Part shown: in pieces, positions 24,914-37,879 of the stretch | Layout of the letters: each line of letters starts with the position of its first letter | Position numbering within the stretch: position 1 is the stretch's first letter | Source: Hydrolagus colliei | Taxonomy: Eukaryota | DNA: 64,000 bases | Reading direction: 5' to 3' | Assembly (NCBI GenBank): GCA_035084275.1 | Contig: CM068743.1 | Location: forward strand, 130,386,001 to 130,450,000 | Translations under genes and position numbers: made by a program | Notes under the pieces: model-generated | Databases searched by the model: none | What the model was told of the DNA's origin: nothing | What the model saw: the letters and a program-made list of their open reading frames with translations, nothing else

Positions 24914-26664
24914 GTAGTATTATTAGCACAGATTAGAAAAATTCAAAGCTTGGGGTCACCAGATTTCTTGAAACCTTGCCATCCTTGTCAGACTATTGGC
25001 TCTCGGCAATCAACCACTGAATTCTCACTTCTCCCTTCCCTCGTTATAATTGTTAGGACGTTTTAGTTATTTTCTTTGGAAAATAAAATATTAAATTCTG
25101 TTTTTTAGGGCCAATAAGTTAAGATGTTCTGCGTCTTTCAGATTGGTGATTACTTTTATGGTAACCATGGATAGATAGAGTGGGAGTGCATTAACTGGAA
25201 CAATTCCCTGAGTCATCGTGCAGACGTGCTGTTACAGTTGCGCATTAGACCCACATGTTTACTGTTGACTGGATGGTAAAATATGCAGCAAAGGAACGTT
25301 TTAAAGCAGTGATTTTCTTTCCTGCTGCAACCCTTGTATTACCCTTTCCTATCTGTTTCCCTTATAGTATCCTTTCCATCTTTGAGGATCCCATAATCTG
25401 ACTTGTTCCTGATAGAGTAATCCTTGTTCCTGTTATATTGAGGGAGGTAGGGTCATCCAGTATCCTCTATTGGTCCAGCATTGCTCTTTTGCAGTTGGCG
25501 ACTCCACCTCAATGAGGAAAATTCCAACCAGAGGAACGTCATGTATGTGAACATCAGCTGTGGCTGTGGTTGGAACTCTAGATCCCTAAGTGCATGGCTG
25601 CCCTTGATAACATGTTACTAAACAAGCAATTGAATTGCTTCACTGCTGTTTGTCCTCCTCTGACACTGCACCGGCAGTGACCAAAAGGCACTTTCACAGA
25701 TCTGCGTACTGGTGTATGACCTGCTTCGAGTGAGGTTCAGAAGCAGTAACAAGGGAACCTCAATAAATGATCCACATTGATTTATTTTACAGCCTCGTGT
25801 ATGTTTTGATAAATGTCCAATGCAACATCAGTAAGGAATTACTCACTGTATTTCCTGTTTCGTCTCCTGTCAGCTCTCCAGATGAATTGTTGATATTTTT
25901 CTGCAAAGATAAAGCTATGTCTCGAATATCATGAATCACAAATTGTGCATTATTATGTTTTTAAAAAAGGACTTTAAAGGAATCCTCCATCACAAATATT
26001 GAAGTAAGAAAGAATTTAAATTTTTATATCGCCTTACCACATTGAAATGATTCAGAGGCATTAAAGTAATAGCTGAAGCATTTTGAGAGATTGTGCTACA
26101 TAAAAGGTGCTATATAAAGTGTAAATTGTTATTATAATGAAAGATGTTGTATGGTGCAGAATAACTGCTATTATAATAAAGACTTTATTTATTATACAGT
26201 ATTATAATAGCAGTTATTCTATACCATACAAAATCTTTCAAGCAGTTCCAAGGCACAAGAATATTCAAACTGGTGAATTGTTGGCCATGAGAAATGAGAA
26301 ACTACATGAGAAACTCATTTTTGAATTAGTTTCCTGAAATCTTTAAAATTCACTTGAGGACAAAGTAGAAGCCTCTCAAAGAGACAGGAGTTTCTCTGTG
26401 TCCCAGCAATTCCCCAGATAAAATTGGTGATACGCTGCATGGCTGTTGGTGACACATTGCTCTGCTCAAACTGATTGCCACATTCACTGACAAATACACA
26501 ATGATAATAAAAATTCTGCCAATCACTTTGAACTTCTCAAATTATGTGATAAAGTGCTATCACAAATTTAAGGATTATTTTATTATTATTATACTGGATT
26601 GTTTTCCTAAATGTTGATCTTAAATTTCTTTGTGGGGCTCGAATTAGATGAGAAATTTTGAGTA

Positions 26665-27247
26665 CCGTATATCTCTGCGTATAAGGCGCACTTTTTTTCA
26701 GGTCGGAAGATCTCGAAAGTTGGGGGTGCGCCCTATACGCAGGTACAAGAGATTTTGAGCCTCGGAAATACAGTAAACAGGAGGGGCGGCCGGCGCGCTG
26801 TCAGCCGGGGTTTGGTCAGTGTCCGGTGCGGGGTTGGGGGGAGCGGGTGACGGGGCTTCGGCCTCGGCCGCCCGGGCAGCGGCAGCATCAGCGGACTTCA
26901 GTGCTGTGCTTACCTTCTGCCGAACCCAGTCTGCCTGCCTCACTCCCTGCCGCTCTCCCTCCCTCCCTCCCTCCCTCCCTGCCGGCCTGCCTCTCTCCCT
27001 CTCTCTCTCCCACGCTGCCGGCCTGCCTCCCTCCCTCTCTCTCTCCCTGCCTCTCTCTCTCCCTCCCTGGCTGCCTGGCTGCCTGGCTGCCTGCCTCTCT
27101 CTCTCCCTACCTACCTGTCTCTCCTGTCTCTCCTCCCTTCTACCGGCAATATCATTGAAAATGCTTCTGTTTTTTTTCACCAAGAAAAGGTCAAAAACGG
27201 GGGGTGCGCCTTATACGCGGGTGCGCCTTATATGCGGAGATATACGG
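26665..27247. mobile_element. Non-autonomous Tc2/pogo-like element, copy 2 (583 bp), same orientation as copy 1
   Basis: Same TIRs and TA flanks. Nearly identical to 19769-20560 outside the microsatellite. Confidence 0.9.
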
Positions 27248-27723
27248 TACTTTTTTTCAGTGTTTGATTTAGATCTCATCTCTAGCCTCTTCCCCCTTCT
27301 TTCCCCACGCTTCCTTCACTCCTGGAGCCACCTGCTTATCTGAAAGGACAAATGGTCACCTTGCTTCCAGGCTCCTGTCAATTGTGCCTCAGAGACAAGT
27401 GTTAAATGCATGAGGGTGTCAAGAGGATAACAATAGAAGGGTTGATTTCTGAGTTCCCTGATTTTTGGGGCAGCTGAATGTCTTGCCGCATGTGGAAACC
27501 CAGCACTGTTTAATATCTGACAAGTGTGGGTTTGAGCTCTCACTAGGTGGATGGCAGGTACCCAGAACTCCCTGTGAGCTTCCTAGTGGGTAACACAGCT
27601 CAGCGTGAGATGCATGAGAGCTATCATGTTCCTGGCCACAGCTCATACATCTATCATTTTGCTTTGATCCATGGGAGTTCCCTTGATGTTACAGATGAAA
27701 TAATGATCACAAATCTCTATGAC

Positions 27724-28360
27724 TGTGCCTTTGTCACCTCACGGCTGGACTATTCTAATGTCCTCCTCGCTGGTCTCCCCTCCACCACAATCCATAAAAT
27801 CCAACTCATCCAAAACTGCTGCCCTTACACTCACCCGCACCAAACTTCGCTCCCCCATTACCCCAGTCCTTGCCAGACTTCACTGGCTCCCTGTCCCAGA
27901 GAGAATCGACTTCAAGATCCCCACCCTTGTTTTCAAATCCCTCCACTCCTCTGCACCCCTCTCCCTCTCTGACCTCCTCTCTCCTCAAACCAGCTCCCGT
28001 TGCCTTCGGTCCACCGGGTCTGGCCTCCTCCATGTCCCCCGAGTCCTCCGCTCCACCCTCGGCGGCCGGGCCTTCAGCCACTACGCCCCGAGGCTCTGGA
28101 ACTCCCTTCCTCACTACCTTCGCCTCGCTCCCTCTTTTCTCAGTTTTAGGTCCCAGCTGAAGACCTTTCTCTTCGACTGCACCTTTGGTCACCTTTCTAC
28201 CCCTGCCCCGGCTCGGTCCGGGATCCGCTATTGTGACTTGGGACGTCCTCCCGACGTGAAAGGCGCTCTATAAATGTAAATTGTTGTTGTTGTTGTGACG
28301 CGCTCTGAGACGCCGTCCAGCGTGGAGGGCGCTATATAAACCAAAGTTGTTGTTGTTGTT
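27724..28360 (+). mobile_element. Young L2 LINE 3' fragment with a double tail
   Basis: CAFVTSRLDYSNVLLAGLP and SPITPVLARLHWLPVPERIDFKI motifs. Highly similar to 37880-38505 and 62468-63490. Confidence 0.92.
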
Positions 28361-28971
28361 TAGCAGCATACCATATAAAATTGCTACATTACTGCAGTAT
28401 CTCTCGACAATCAATCATTTAGTACTTAAATTCACAGTCAGATGGTGTCTTGGGATGTCTTCCTGACGCGAAAGGCATTCTATAAATGCAATTTTGCAGT
28501 TATTGTTGTCTTCTCTTGACATTAATTCGGAATGTAATCCTCCACAAGGTTGATAGATTGAATGGTGGGGATTGATAACAATTTTACTTCGAACTTTACC
28601 ATAAATCTGGAAGATCCTATTAGTGAAAAATGTTACAGTGATTGCAACTATTCTACATTTTTGTAAAGAGCAATAATAATCCACCTCCCAACCACCATGA
28701 AAGCTTGTCAAACATTCCTCGGCGTTGAGAAACAGTGGGAGGTTATTGTCGTATAATTGAATTGTGGGTTGATAACCATGTTGAGTCTAGTTCCTTGATA
28801 GCAGAGTGGGCTGAGAAGCAGCAAAAGGTGTGCGAGGGAGCTGTAGAACATTGGAGAGGTCGAGACGGCTGGCATTTTTGCTGAATAACGTCTGTGTTTG
28901 CTCAGCCGTATCTAAACCAGCAAATAGTTTTTGGATGTTATTGCTGGAGTTTGTCAGAGCATATGCGAATA

Positions 28972-29159
28972 CAGTAAAACCTTGATAATCCGACCTTCTG
29001 TTAGCCGGCAACTCCCTTTCAAAATACAGCATAAATTTTTTTTCTGGTGTCCGGCAAATCTCTCGAAGTTCAGACCGGCTGCTTCCCCAGCCATTTCTAA
29101 GGTAGGTTCTAAGTACCGGCAAACTCCCAAATCCATGCAGGATTATCGAGGGTTTACTG
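28972..29159. mobile_element. Tigger-type MITE (188 bp)
   Basis: TA|CAGTAAAACCTTGATAATCC ... GGATTATCGAGGGTTTACTG|TA. Confidence 0.85.
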
Positions 29160-29517
29160 TACAACATACATCAAAAAGTACGTGCCTACAGTCACCTCCC
29201 CCCCCCCCCCCCCCCCCGCCAACTGCCTCTCCCTGGCTCAGCAACAAACTCTGTCATTGCTAAGCACTATGAGATGTTACCCGGCATGAAGGCGCTATAC
29301 AAACACAAGTTGTTAATATTGTTGAGTACCTAAGAGTAGGAATTCTCACACAGTGTCATTTTGTGGCTAGTTTGGATTTGTCGAGATTTTACCCCTTACT
29401 GGTATTAACAAGAGCAGAGTGAATCAGAATTCAACACATAAATTACTAAGATGTAAACTCTGTATTCTTTATTCAAATGTTGACATTAATTAGTTGCACG
29501 TTGTTTGTGACCTGCAG

Positions 29518-29643
29518 GGTGATGAGAAGAAGTTGTCGGAAAAGGGCCTCCATCCCCCTGCTTCACCTCTGTCACTTCCTGACCAAATGAAGAGCAATAT
29601 CCTTAAGGCACAGATGGATGCTGCTCTGAAAGTGGGAGCAGAG
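29518..29643 (+). CDS. EPB41L4B: EPB41L4B exon C (phase 0 to 0): GDEKKLSEKGLHPPASPLSLPDQMKSNILKAQMDAALKVGAE
   Basis: ctgcag acceptor and GAG|gtaaat donor. The K.NILKAQ motif is shared by EPB41L4B and EPB41L5. Confidence 0.92.
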
Positions 29644-32600
29644 GTAAATAATCACATCCTGTTTGGAATGACAATGATACGAATAATAATCCTCGCATTT
29701 GATATAGCTCCTTACCACATCATTGAGATGTCTCAAAGCTTCACACAATATATTATAAAGTACAGTGACTAGGTATTTTATGAAACACGGCAGCCAATTG
29801 CACATAGCAATGTACCACAAACGGTTATGAGTGAGTGACCACATTTTAAAATAAACTTAAATGATTTATTATTGTTTTGATCATGATTCTATTTATTTTT
29901 GCCAAAGCTCTTCCTGCTGCTTTTATTTGCTCTTGAGCAAACTATCCAGCTGGATCCTCACCAACTTAATCCTGCTCAATTGGCTGTTCTTCTTATGTAT
30001 CTGGACTCTGAGTGTTTGTTGTCAAACTGCCTGTCAGTCCATCGCATCCAGACCTGATTCTGTCCTCATGCACCCTCCATAGATGCAATTATCAGGAGGA
30101 TTCCCTGGATGGTTATCGGGAGGAAGAACCCTGGCTTACTTTTCCTTTTGCATCCTCATGCCAGGAACAGCCTGTGACCTGGCTGAGATAAAATCTTTGT
30201 GCATCAAACCTTTCTATTCTGTGTTCACTGGAGAAATGCTTCTACTCAATCTAGAGAGTTTCAGATTATCTAGTTTACCCAACGATACAATCAAGGATCA
30301 TGCCAGTAGGATCCGCACTATTTATACAATAACATTCTGGAGTGAAATTGTTGTTGTCGCACGCTGGCAAAGTCACTACATGAGCCCACAACAGGAATTC
30401 CTTGCCCTCTGTGTTTTAAATTAATATTTTGAAGCAACATTTTTAATACCAGATGCATTTTATTCCATCATGTCCACAGCCTTCATGAGATTCAGATTCT
30501 GCAACGTGGCACTCCTTCACTCAGTCAGCCTTGGCCAGCCTTATTGCTTGGCAGTTATTGTAGGAACTAAAGACTAAGAAAAATGCCATGTTTCTTCAAT
30601 GTGACCAAAGATATCTGCAAAGATAGACTGTGAACTGGATGAACAGTAAACTCCTACAGTTGACTCCTTTTGCCAAATCCAGACTTGTGGTAGGACAAGG
30701 GGAGTATAGTGACAGGGTTGAGTGCAAGGAGAGGGTGGTGTGGGGGGAGAGGGGGAATGAATCAAAGCTTGAATTCTGCATTTGTTTTTATAATGAATAT
30801 AATTAATTTTAGAAACTTTAAAGAGCCGATGCTTTCACAACAAAGACTCAGACCCAGATCCAAATGTACACTTGTTTTGGTCATCCCAGATATCTGTGGA
30901 AACCTCTGCCACACAATGTTCCACATAGGTATGTTACCAACACATAGAAACTTCCATGTGTCAAGAATAGAATGTGCCCCATCCCGCTCATCTAATTCAG
31001 GACAGTGTTGGGCATAGGTTTCTGAGAGGCAAGGCTTGAGTATCCCAGAGTGTGTTGGGTTTTACCAGCTAAATTTGCATAGCTTGCCATTGAAAGAACT
31101 ATGACAAACATCCCACCACTTGTCCAGCTGAGTGACCAGTTAGGACTTTAGCTTGCAGGGTTAATGAGAGCTAAAGGGAAATAATTCACACACACCCTTC
31201 CCCCCAGTGACTAGTCTGCCCCCCCAACTCCAGCCAAGAGGTTGTTCTGACATCAGCAGAGCTCTGGAGTATTGTGGTTTCACTTGGCTCAGGAACCAGC
31301 CCAGCGAGAATCGATTCATTTCTGACATTCTTTTGCCAAATATGTCACCTTGGGGCCAATTCACCTCCTAATCACCTCTCCCTCACCTCTCCCTCCACTA
31401 GTCACTAGTTGATCAAAGTTTGTACTTGTAGTGGAGAAATGCTGCTATAAGGTAACACCACAGAAGTTGGCAGCTTTACCAATCAGCAGAATTGTGAACC
31501 CCGTTGTTCCCTAAACAACAGAGAGAAATCAGGCTGCTCCGGTGTGTATTTAGGCAGGGGTGTGAGGTACTCCACAGGAACTTGCTGGCAGTGTCACTTT
31601 ATTCTGTCTTTAACTTTAACTTGTCTGACAACATTCCACACTCGAGTATTAGAAATGTGATCTGTCTGCTTAGTGCTAAGGTGACATTGCTGACCTGTTG
31701 TGAAAACATTAGCAGAAACTACATAAAACTCTGAGAAATGCGTTCGTACTTCAAGCAGGTTTGTTTACCTGTAAACACAGGTAAAAACAGTTTTTAAAAT
31801 GTGGTCAGTTAAGCCAAACTAGTATTTCATGGCGAAATACTAGTTTATTTTATTATTGATGTATTTGTTTTGTTATTTTAATTTTCTGCTCTTTGGCTCC
31901 CTACCCCCTACCATGGGCTCCCCAAATCACAAGGTTTTCCAGATTGCTCTCAGACCTGTGGCAGTTATGGTCAGGTGACAGATGACTTGGGCTGCTCCAG
32001 AGGTTTTACAATGAGAGATTTCATGGCTTGTCGGCTGACTACAGCCTGGAATTCACCTTGTATTATTTATGATGCACACTATTACATTCATGTCAATGTC
32101 GGGAATATTACTTTTTAAACCTGCAATGTTGTCATGATGATCATAATTCTTACATGTGCTTCAACCCCATATTGTGTAAATCTGCAAATATGAGTGCAAA
32201 TATGTCTAGAGCTCCAATGCAGTCTCATGGAATCTCATCTGATAATAAATTATCATTTTCCAATGACAGTATATAGGCTTCCAACAACTATTCTCTTTTA
32301 CCTTTTTTTAAACAAGTCCTATTTTATGATAACTTGCTTATAATGTATTTAGTTCATAATATTGGAATTTCACTATAAATGGCTTCTTTTCCACCCTCCT
32401 AACACTTGCTTGCCTGTTAACTAACTCATTCTCTCTCACACACTCTCTCAGTCTTTCCCTCAAATTCCCACCACAAATGAGTGTTAGGTCTGCTTTTGAG
32501 GGTATTACACTAATCTGTGAAGAGTTATAAATAGATATAGGAGTTCTTTATGTAGATAATCGAAGGACTATCTGTGGCCTCTGGAAACTCTAAATGCGTT

Positions 32601-33157
32601 TTAACTAAATTCCTTGTTTTGTGCATCCACTGGCAGGGAGAATCTTCCCACACAGCACTTTCAATAGTGAGTCATGTGTTGTTGCCTGGTTAAACTCTCA
32701 ACAGCGCCCAGATGCACACACTTGAGGACCCCAAGCCATGGCTCATGCTAACCTGTGCCCAACAATCTCCAGAATTGGGAAAACTAGGATAGTTCCTCTG
32801 GGAGTGAAGTGCGCATTCCTTTCCAGAAATGGAAATTTCAATGTGTTGGGGACATAAATGGAACTCTGCCTGGTTTGGATATTCATGCTAGTAATGGGTT
32901 GCCTTCTGCATTTGTTAGGCACTTGTCTCACCCAAAAAAATTGTGATCCGAGTAGATGTACTTTGCTGTTTGCTCGTTGCATTCTGCAGTTACACTTTTA
33001 GACCATTGTAACTGCCCTGCTCCCTCACTGACCCAGGGTGCCTGAGCGTTCAGTGACCACATGTCAGGAGGATGCAGGACACCAGCCTCTCATCAGGCAG
33101 AATCAAGCTGTTAACTGGTCCTCAGTGTTTCTGTATTCTGTTCTTTTTCCTAAACAG

Positions 33158-33225
33158 GTTGCGAAAGAGGATCCAGAACCAGCCAACCACAGTAAATGTT
33201 CGAGTGTGCATGCAGATGCTGTAAG
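33158..33225 (+). CDS. EPB41L4B: EPB41L4B exon D (phase 0 to 2): VAKEDPEPANHSKCSSVHADAV(R)
   Basis: Strong pyrimidine tract with aacag acceptor and AAG|gtcggt donor. Supplies the phase change needed between exons C and E. Compare human GKEESPFVNINKKSSLQDASVR. Confidence 0.82.
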
Positions 33226-33692
33226 GTCGGTTACATCATTCTGTCTGTCCCAGTCTTTCACTTCACAGGGCTTCCTGCATGACAAATTCAGCCATGTTTG
33301 ACTTTTAAACATAAGTAAGGGAGTCCTTTTCGATATAAAGTATTGAGGAAAGACAGAGAAATCAAAAATAATATTTTAAATAATTGTTTTTTCTAGGAAA
33401 TGTTACGGTTTGTTTTTGCTCCTGCCCTGCAGAGTGCTACAACAACAACAGCTTCGATTTATATAGTGCCCTCCGTGCGGGACGGCATCTCAGAACTGAG
33501 AGCTACTTTACTGCTTCAGAGCTCAGACTTCCTGCCCGGAGCAGTTCCTTTTCAGTAACCACTGTAACACTCATCTGGCTCACTTTCCAGAGCTGCTTAC
33601 TGGGTAGCTCAAGTCAACTAAACAATTCCCTGTTCAGTCTGGAGATCCAAAATGGCAGGTTTCTGTCAGGGAGCAGTCTCTCTGGGGGTGGG

Positions 33693-34110
33693 AACAACGA
33701 CAACAAAATGACCTTTCTATAGTATCTTTCACGTCGAGAGCATGTCACAAGGTGTTGGACAGACAGTATTCCAGCATCAAGCTGAGGGTAGGGATTGGGG
33801 AGAGTGGAAGGCAGGGGAGGAAGGAGGTTGATAGAAAGCACGGTCGAAGAGGAATGTCTTAAGGTGGGTCTTGAAGGAGGTGAGGGATGGGGCGAGGCGG
33901 AGGGACTGGTAGGATGGTGTTCCAGAGAATGGGGACAGGCTGGCTGAAGGCTCACCTGCCAATGGTGGGGCAGGCGAGGTGAGGGACGTGAAGCAGGCCG
34001 GAGCCCGTTGAGTGTAAGAAACGGGCAGGTTGGTAGGGGGTTAGGAGATTACAGAGGTAGGGGGGCGAGGCCATGGAGGGCTTTGAAGGTGAGAACCAGG
34101 ATCTTGAACT
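33693..34110 (-). mobile_element. L2 LINE 3' fragment
   Basis: SFKTHLKTFLFDRAF motif with a (CAA)n tail on the + strand. Confidence 0.85.
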
Positions 34111-35311
34111 GTTCAGGCAGACTTTGGATTAACTTCTTATTTGAAGGATGCAAGAAGAGAGCTGGACATTATGGACTCTTTTAGTGCAGACATTTATATT
34201 TTGTTACCTTATAGGGGAAGAAGGATGCAATAAAGACTTTATTCTTCTGGGTTTTATTTCGATTTTAAGGTGGCAAAATATTTAGCTGAACCTACAGCAA
34301 AAAATGAAGTCAATTTTTGAGCATAATACTGTACAATGATACATAATGCTTCATCAATTATCTTCTGAAAGCCCTTGTTTTATTATTGCTGTCGTTTTCT
34401 CTTTGTGTGGTCAAGTTTCACCCAGACTGATCAACGCAATTTATTTTGTTATTCAGCTCCCACTGGAGGGTCACTGTAAGGAATGGAGGGTCTCTCTGGG
34501 AGGCGTCTCTGTTGGGAGGGGAGAGTGTTCACTGTAGGACAGTGGTTTCCAAACTTTGAATCACGGCGGCCCCCTAACTCAGCAATGCTTTTGTTGCGCC
34601 CCCCCTCCCCCCGTACACTCGGCTCCACATACTCGGGTCCTCGTCTCCTCCTCGACTCCACACGCACTCAGGGGCTCCATGCTCTACAGTTCCACGTCCC
34701 CACCACCCCAGCCAACAGTACAGGAGATACCTGATTTACAAAGCGCCCTGTACAATCACTGCATTGTACAGTAAATCTGTGAAGCGTTCCGAGACATCAC
34801 GGCAACATGGTCACAATCTATTTCAAAGACAGGAATTCTTATTTTACTTTTCTATATATTTGTGATTTTCCCTGTTTCCCTTGAGGCAGCACAGTGGTTT
34901 CTATTGGCGACAGGACAGCAAACTATTCTGTTCAGCACCTTGGGACATCCTCCTGAAGTGAAAGGCGCTATACAAATGTTATTTTGTTGTTGTTGTTGTC
35001 TATTTGTAAGCTTTTTTACAATTTACAACTGAAAAAATATTTCCAACTTATTTGAAGACAATTTTCTCACTATTTGATCACATTTCAAATTTTAAGACCA
35101 GGCTTCCAGATGCCTCCTCTATTGAGTTTCCCCTAATGGTTATTACTGTGAACATCATGCTGGGTAAAACTTCCATGAATTGTCTGCCTTGATCTTCCCC
35201 TTGTATTTATGTCAGTTTGACATGCCAGTCGTGGAGAAACCCATTATCGAGCACAATCTAACAGTGGAGGTTAGCCTGAGGCTTTTTGTCTGATGTACCA
35301 GGATCCAAGGT

Positions 35312-35622
35312 TGTGGAGGCCTGTAGCTCAGTGATTAGAGCACTTGTCTCGCAACCTGGTTTCCCAGCAGGGGGACACATTGGGTACGTTTTCTTGCCTC
35401 TGTTTACCTTGCAGTAAGTAAGAACCCAGTGTTAGTTGATTGTCGGATTGCTATTCCAGGATTAATAATTATTTTTTTAATTCGGCACTCAATCCATGAT
35501 TGTTTGCGGTGTGTAATTGGCTACCGTGTTTTGCCCACAAAATACACAGTCAATTCACTTTAGAGTATATTCTGTGAAACTCTTTGAGAGTCTTGAAGGC
35601 GTGATAAGGTGCTATCATAAAA
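35312..35622 (+). mobile_element. Older, longer SINE subfamily with an extra central segment
   Basis: Same head and tail, plus ctgtttaccttgcagtaagtaagaacccagtgttag... Confidence 0.75.
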
Positions 35623-36369
35623 AATATTGTGGTTCCCACCCCCACCCAAGTTAGGGAATGGGTAAATCAACCAGAGGTCCATTTTTTTTCTTAAACCTGT
35701 AAAAAGTGCAGTCTGATTTGCAATATTTGCTAAATGACGGGAAGCACTAAATATAATTTGCACTTTGTCATCTGATTTATAATCCTTGTAAGATTTGCGA
35801 TTTTCAAATAGTGCTAAAGTGTGGTAAAGGCCATAGGGGCCAGAGATGTTTTGTTCCACAATTCCACAATTTAAACCCAAATGTGCTAGTTGTTCCTCAC
35901 CAGTGATGTATGCCGGCCAGTCAGAATAGCAATTTACAGTAAAATACATTCAAGACGTGATATTGGATGGCTATGTTGACAACATCATTACTATCTTAAA
36001 ACTTTCAATCATTGATAATAATCACACCCAAAACCTTCAGCAGAAATTATAAATAATAATCCTTTCATAGTGGCATAGTGCCTTTCTTGTTAAGATTCAC
36101 GGGATATAAACGTGGAGTTCATATCCTGTAACATGGAGTGAGTGTTTTGTGGGCAGTTTTGTTTTCAATTAAATGTTTAACAAATATACAAATGACCATC
36201 CCAGCATACCAGAGCATAGGAACATAGGACCAGGAGTAGGCCATTCAGCCCTTCGAGCCTGTTCTACCATTTACAGGTACTACTGTTTTTATTTTTTAAT
36301 CTTCCTGGTTTTAGGGAGTTGCCGGCTTTTGTAATATCGTACTATCAAGGTTCTGCTGTAGTATTATTA

Positions 36370-36695
36370 GTAAAGGAAATTTCTGGAAATGGAGTTCCAG
36401 AGATCGAGGGCAGAGACACTGAAGGCCTGACTTTCCTGAAGGCGAAAGGTGAGGCGGGGGAAGTGAAGCAGTTCGATGCCCGCTGAGCAGAGGGAGCAGC
36501 CGTGTTTGAAGAGGTCACAGAGGTAGTGTGGGGCAAGACCACGGGTAGTGTGGGGCAAGACCACGCAATAGGGTGAGGACAAGAATTTTGAACTCTGCCT
36601 ATGAGGGCTGGGGATCCAGTGAATCAGGATGAGGATGGGGATGGTTGGCTTGTAGACGCTGGTGTGGAGGAGGACATGGGCTGTAGACTTCTGAA
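36370..36695 (-). mobile_element. Degenerate L2 fragment with a 23-bp tandem duplication (ggtagtgtggggcaagaccacg, 36522-36566)
   Basis: HWIPSP and LWNS motifs. Confidence 0.65.
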
Positions 36696-37879
36696 TAGTA
36701 ATCCTTGCATTATAGCGACTAAAACAATGAAAAATCATAAAAGGACTTCAGAGAGTATTCCGTAAAGTGAATTTAACTGTTTGAATCTCATTGGCGCCAT
36801 GTGTTTCAGCTCCAGAATAGCATCTAGCGTTTTGTCAATTCATTATGTTCCAGGCAGGAGTCTGCAGAAAGCTCTTCTGCCTGTAATGAGAAAATTTGTT
36901 CTCAGAGGAGAGACAACTGGTTATTTCTGGACAGCAGGAGAGTATGAAAGCTGGCACTTGGTCCCGCCTGCTCAGTCTGTTTCCCCTCCGCTTTACATCT
37001 TCTCCAGCTCTCGAGCATTATAACAAAGTTAATTTAGAATTGAGTTTGTCAGTATCAAAAACAGTGTCCCAATAAATTATAACCGACTCCCAACACCTGT
37101 CCTAGGATACAGTTGGACAGAAATCTATATTAAAAAAGTTATATATTTCACATACACCTGTTCACAAAGGACACATAAGATTTGTCTAAAGAAAAAATAA
37201 TTGCATTTACAAACCAGGGAAGGGACATTAAATATTTTCTCTTGCTATTAATGGATACATTGATGATGCATGCTTTTGATGACACACTCGTTTATTCATG
37301 TTGTCAATCATGACACGTAGAACTATTTAAAAAAAATACTGTTCACAAAATCATGTGTCATCCATCTAATATATTCTAGATAACAAATGACCAACTGGTG
37401 ACTGTACTGATACAAACAATGGATATGAAAGCCAGTACTGCATATAAATTACATTTATTGTTGTATTCTGGAGAGCCGGGGGAGCGCAATCTGCTTGAAA
37501 CTGAGCTGGCTCAGAGGTTATGTGTTTCACCACAGAAATCTAATGATTCCTTCGTGGCAGTCTTGTTGCTTCAGTTCCTCAGCCGCTTCTCTGTGGGTCA
37601 AAACTTGAAGGGCTCAGGGCAGGATTCTTTCCACTCAGGTCCGTGCAAGCCAGAGCCCTAAAGAGTAGGGTTGCTCACTGGCCAAGCAGTGGTCACAGTG
37701 ACAACTGTGTTTTTATTTCATTAAACTCCAGCAATACCCCCCCTACACCTACTCTGTGCCCAAAACATTCCAAAATTATATAAGCAACGTACGTCCTCCA
37801 GCGAGAGAGTGCGCATGTTATTCAAGGAAATACACCTGGATGTCATGTATTAGTTGAATTGTATCTAGTTCCTTCCTCC

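Noticed and set aside
19924-27343. Long Ala/Pro/Ser/Leu-rich ORFs at 19924-20470 and 26698-27343
   Set aside because: They arise from the GC-rich core and CT microsatellite of the non-autonomous transposon copies.
29518-29643. Assignment to the paralogue EPB41L5 (KSNILKAQ)
   Set aside because: RKLTRQYSF, DEDDLPP, GDLLMDFTEATPL and EENGGTPF match recalled EPB41L4B rather than EPB41L5.
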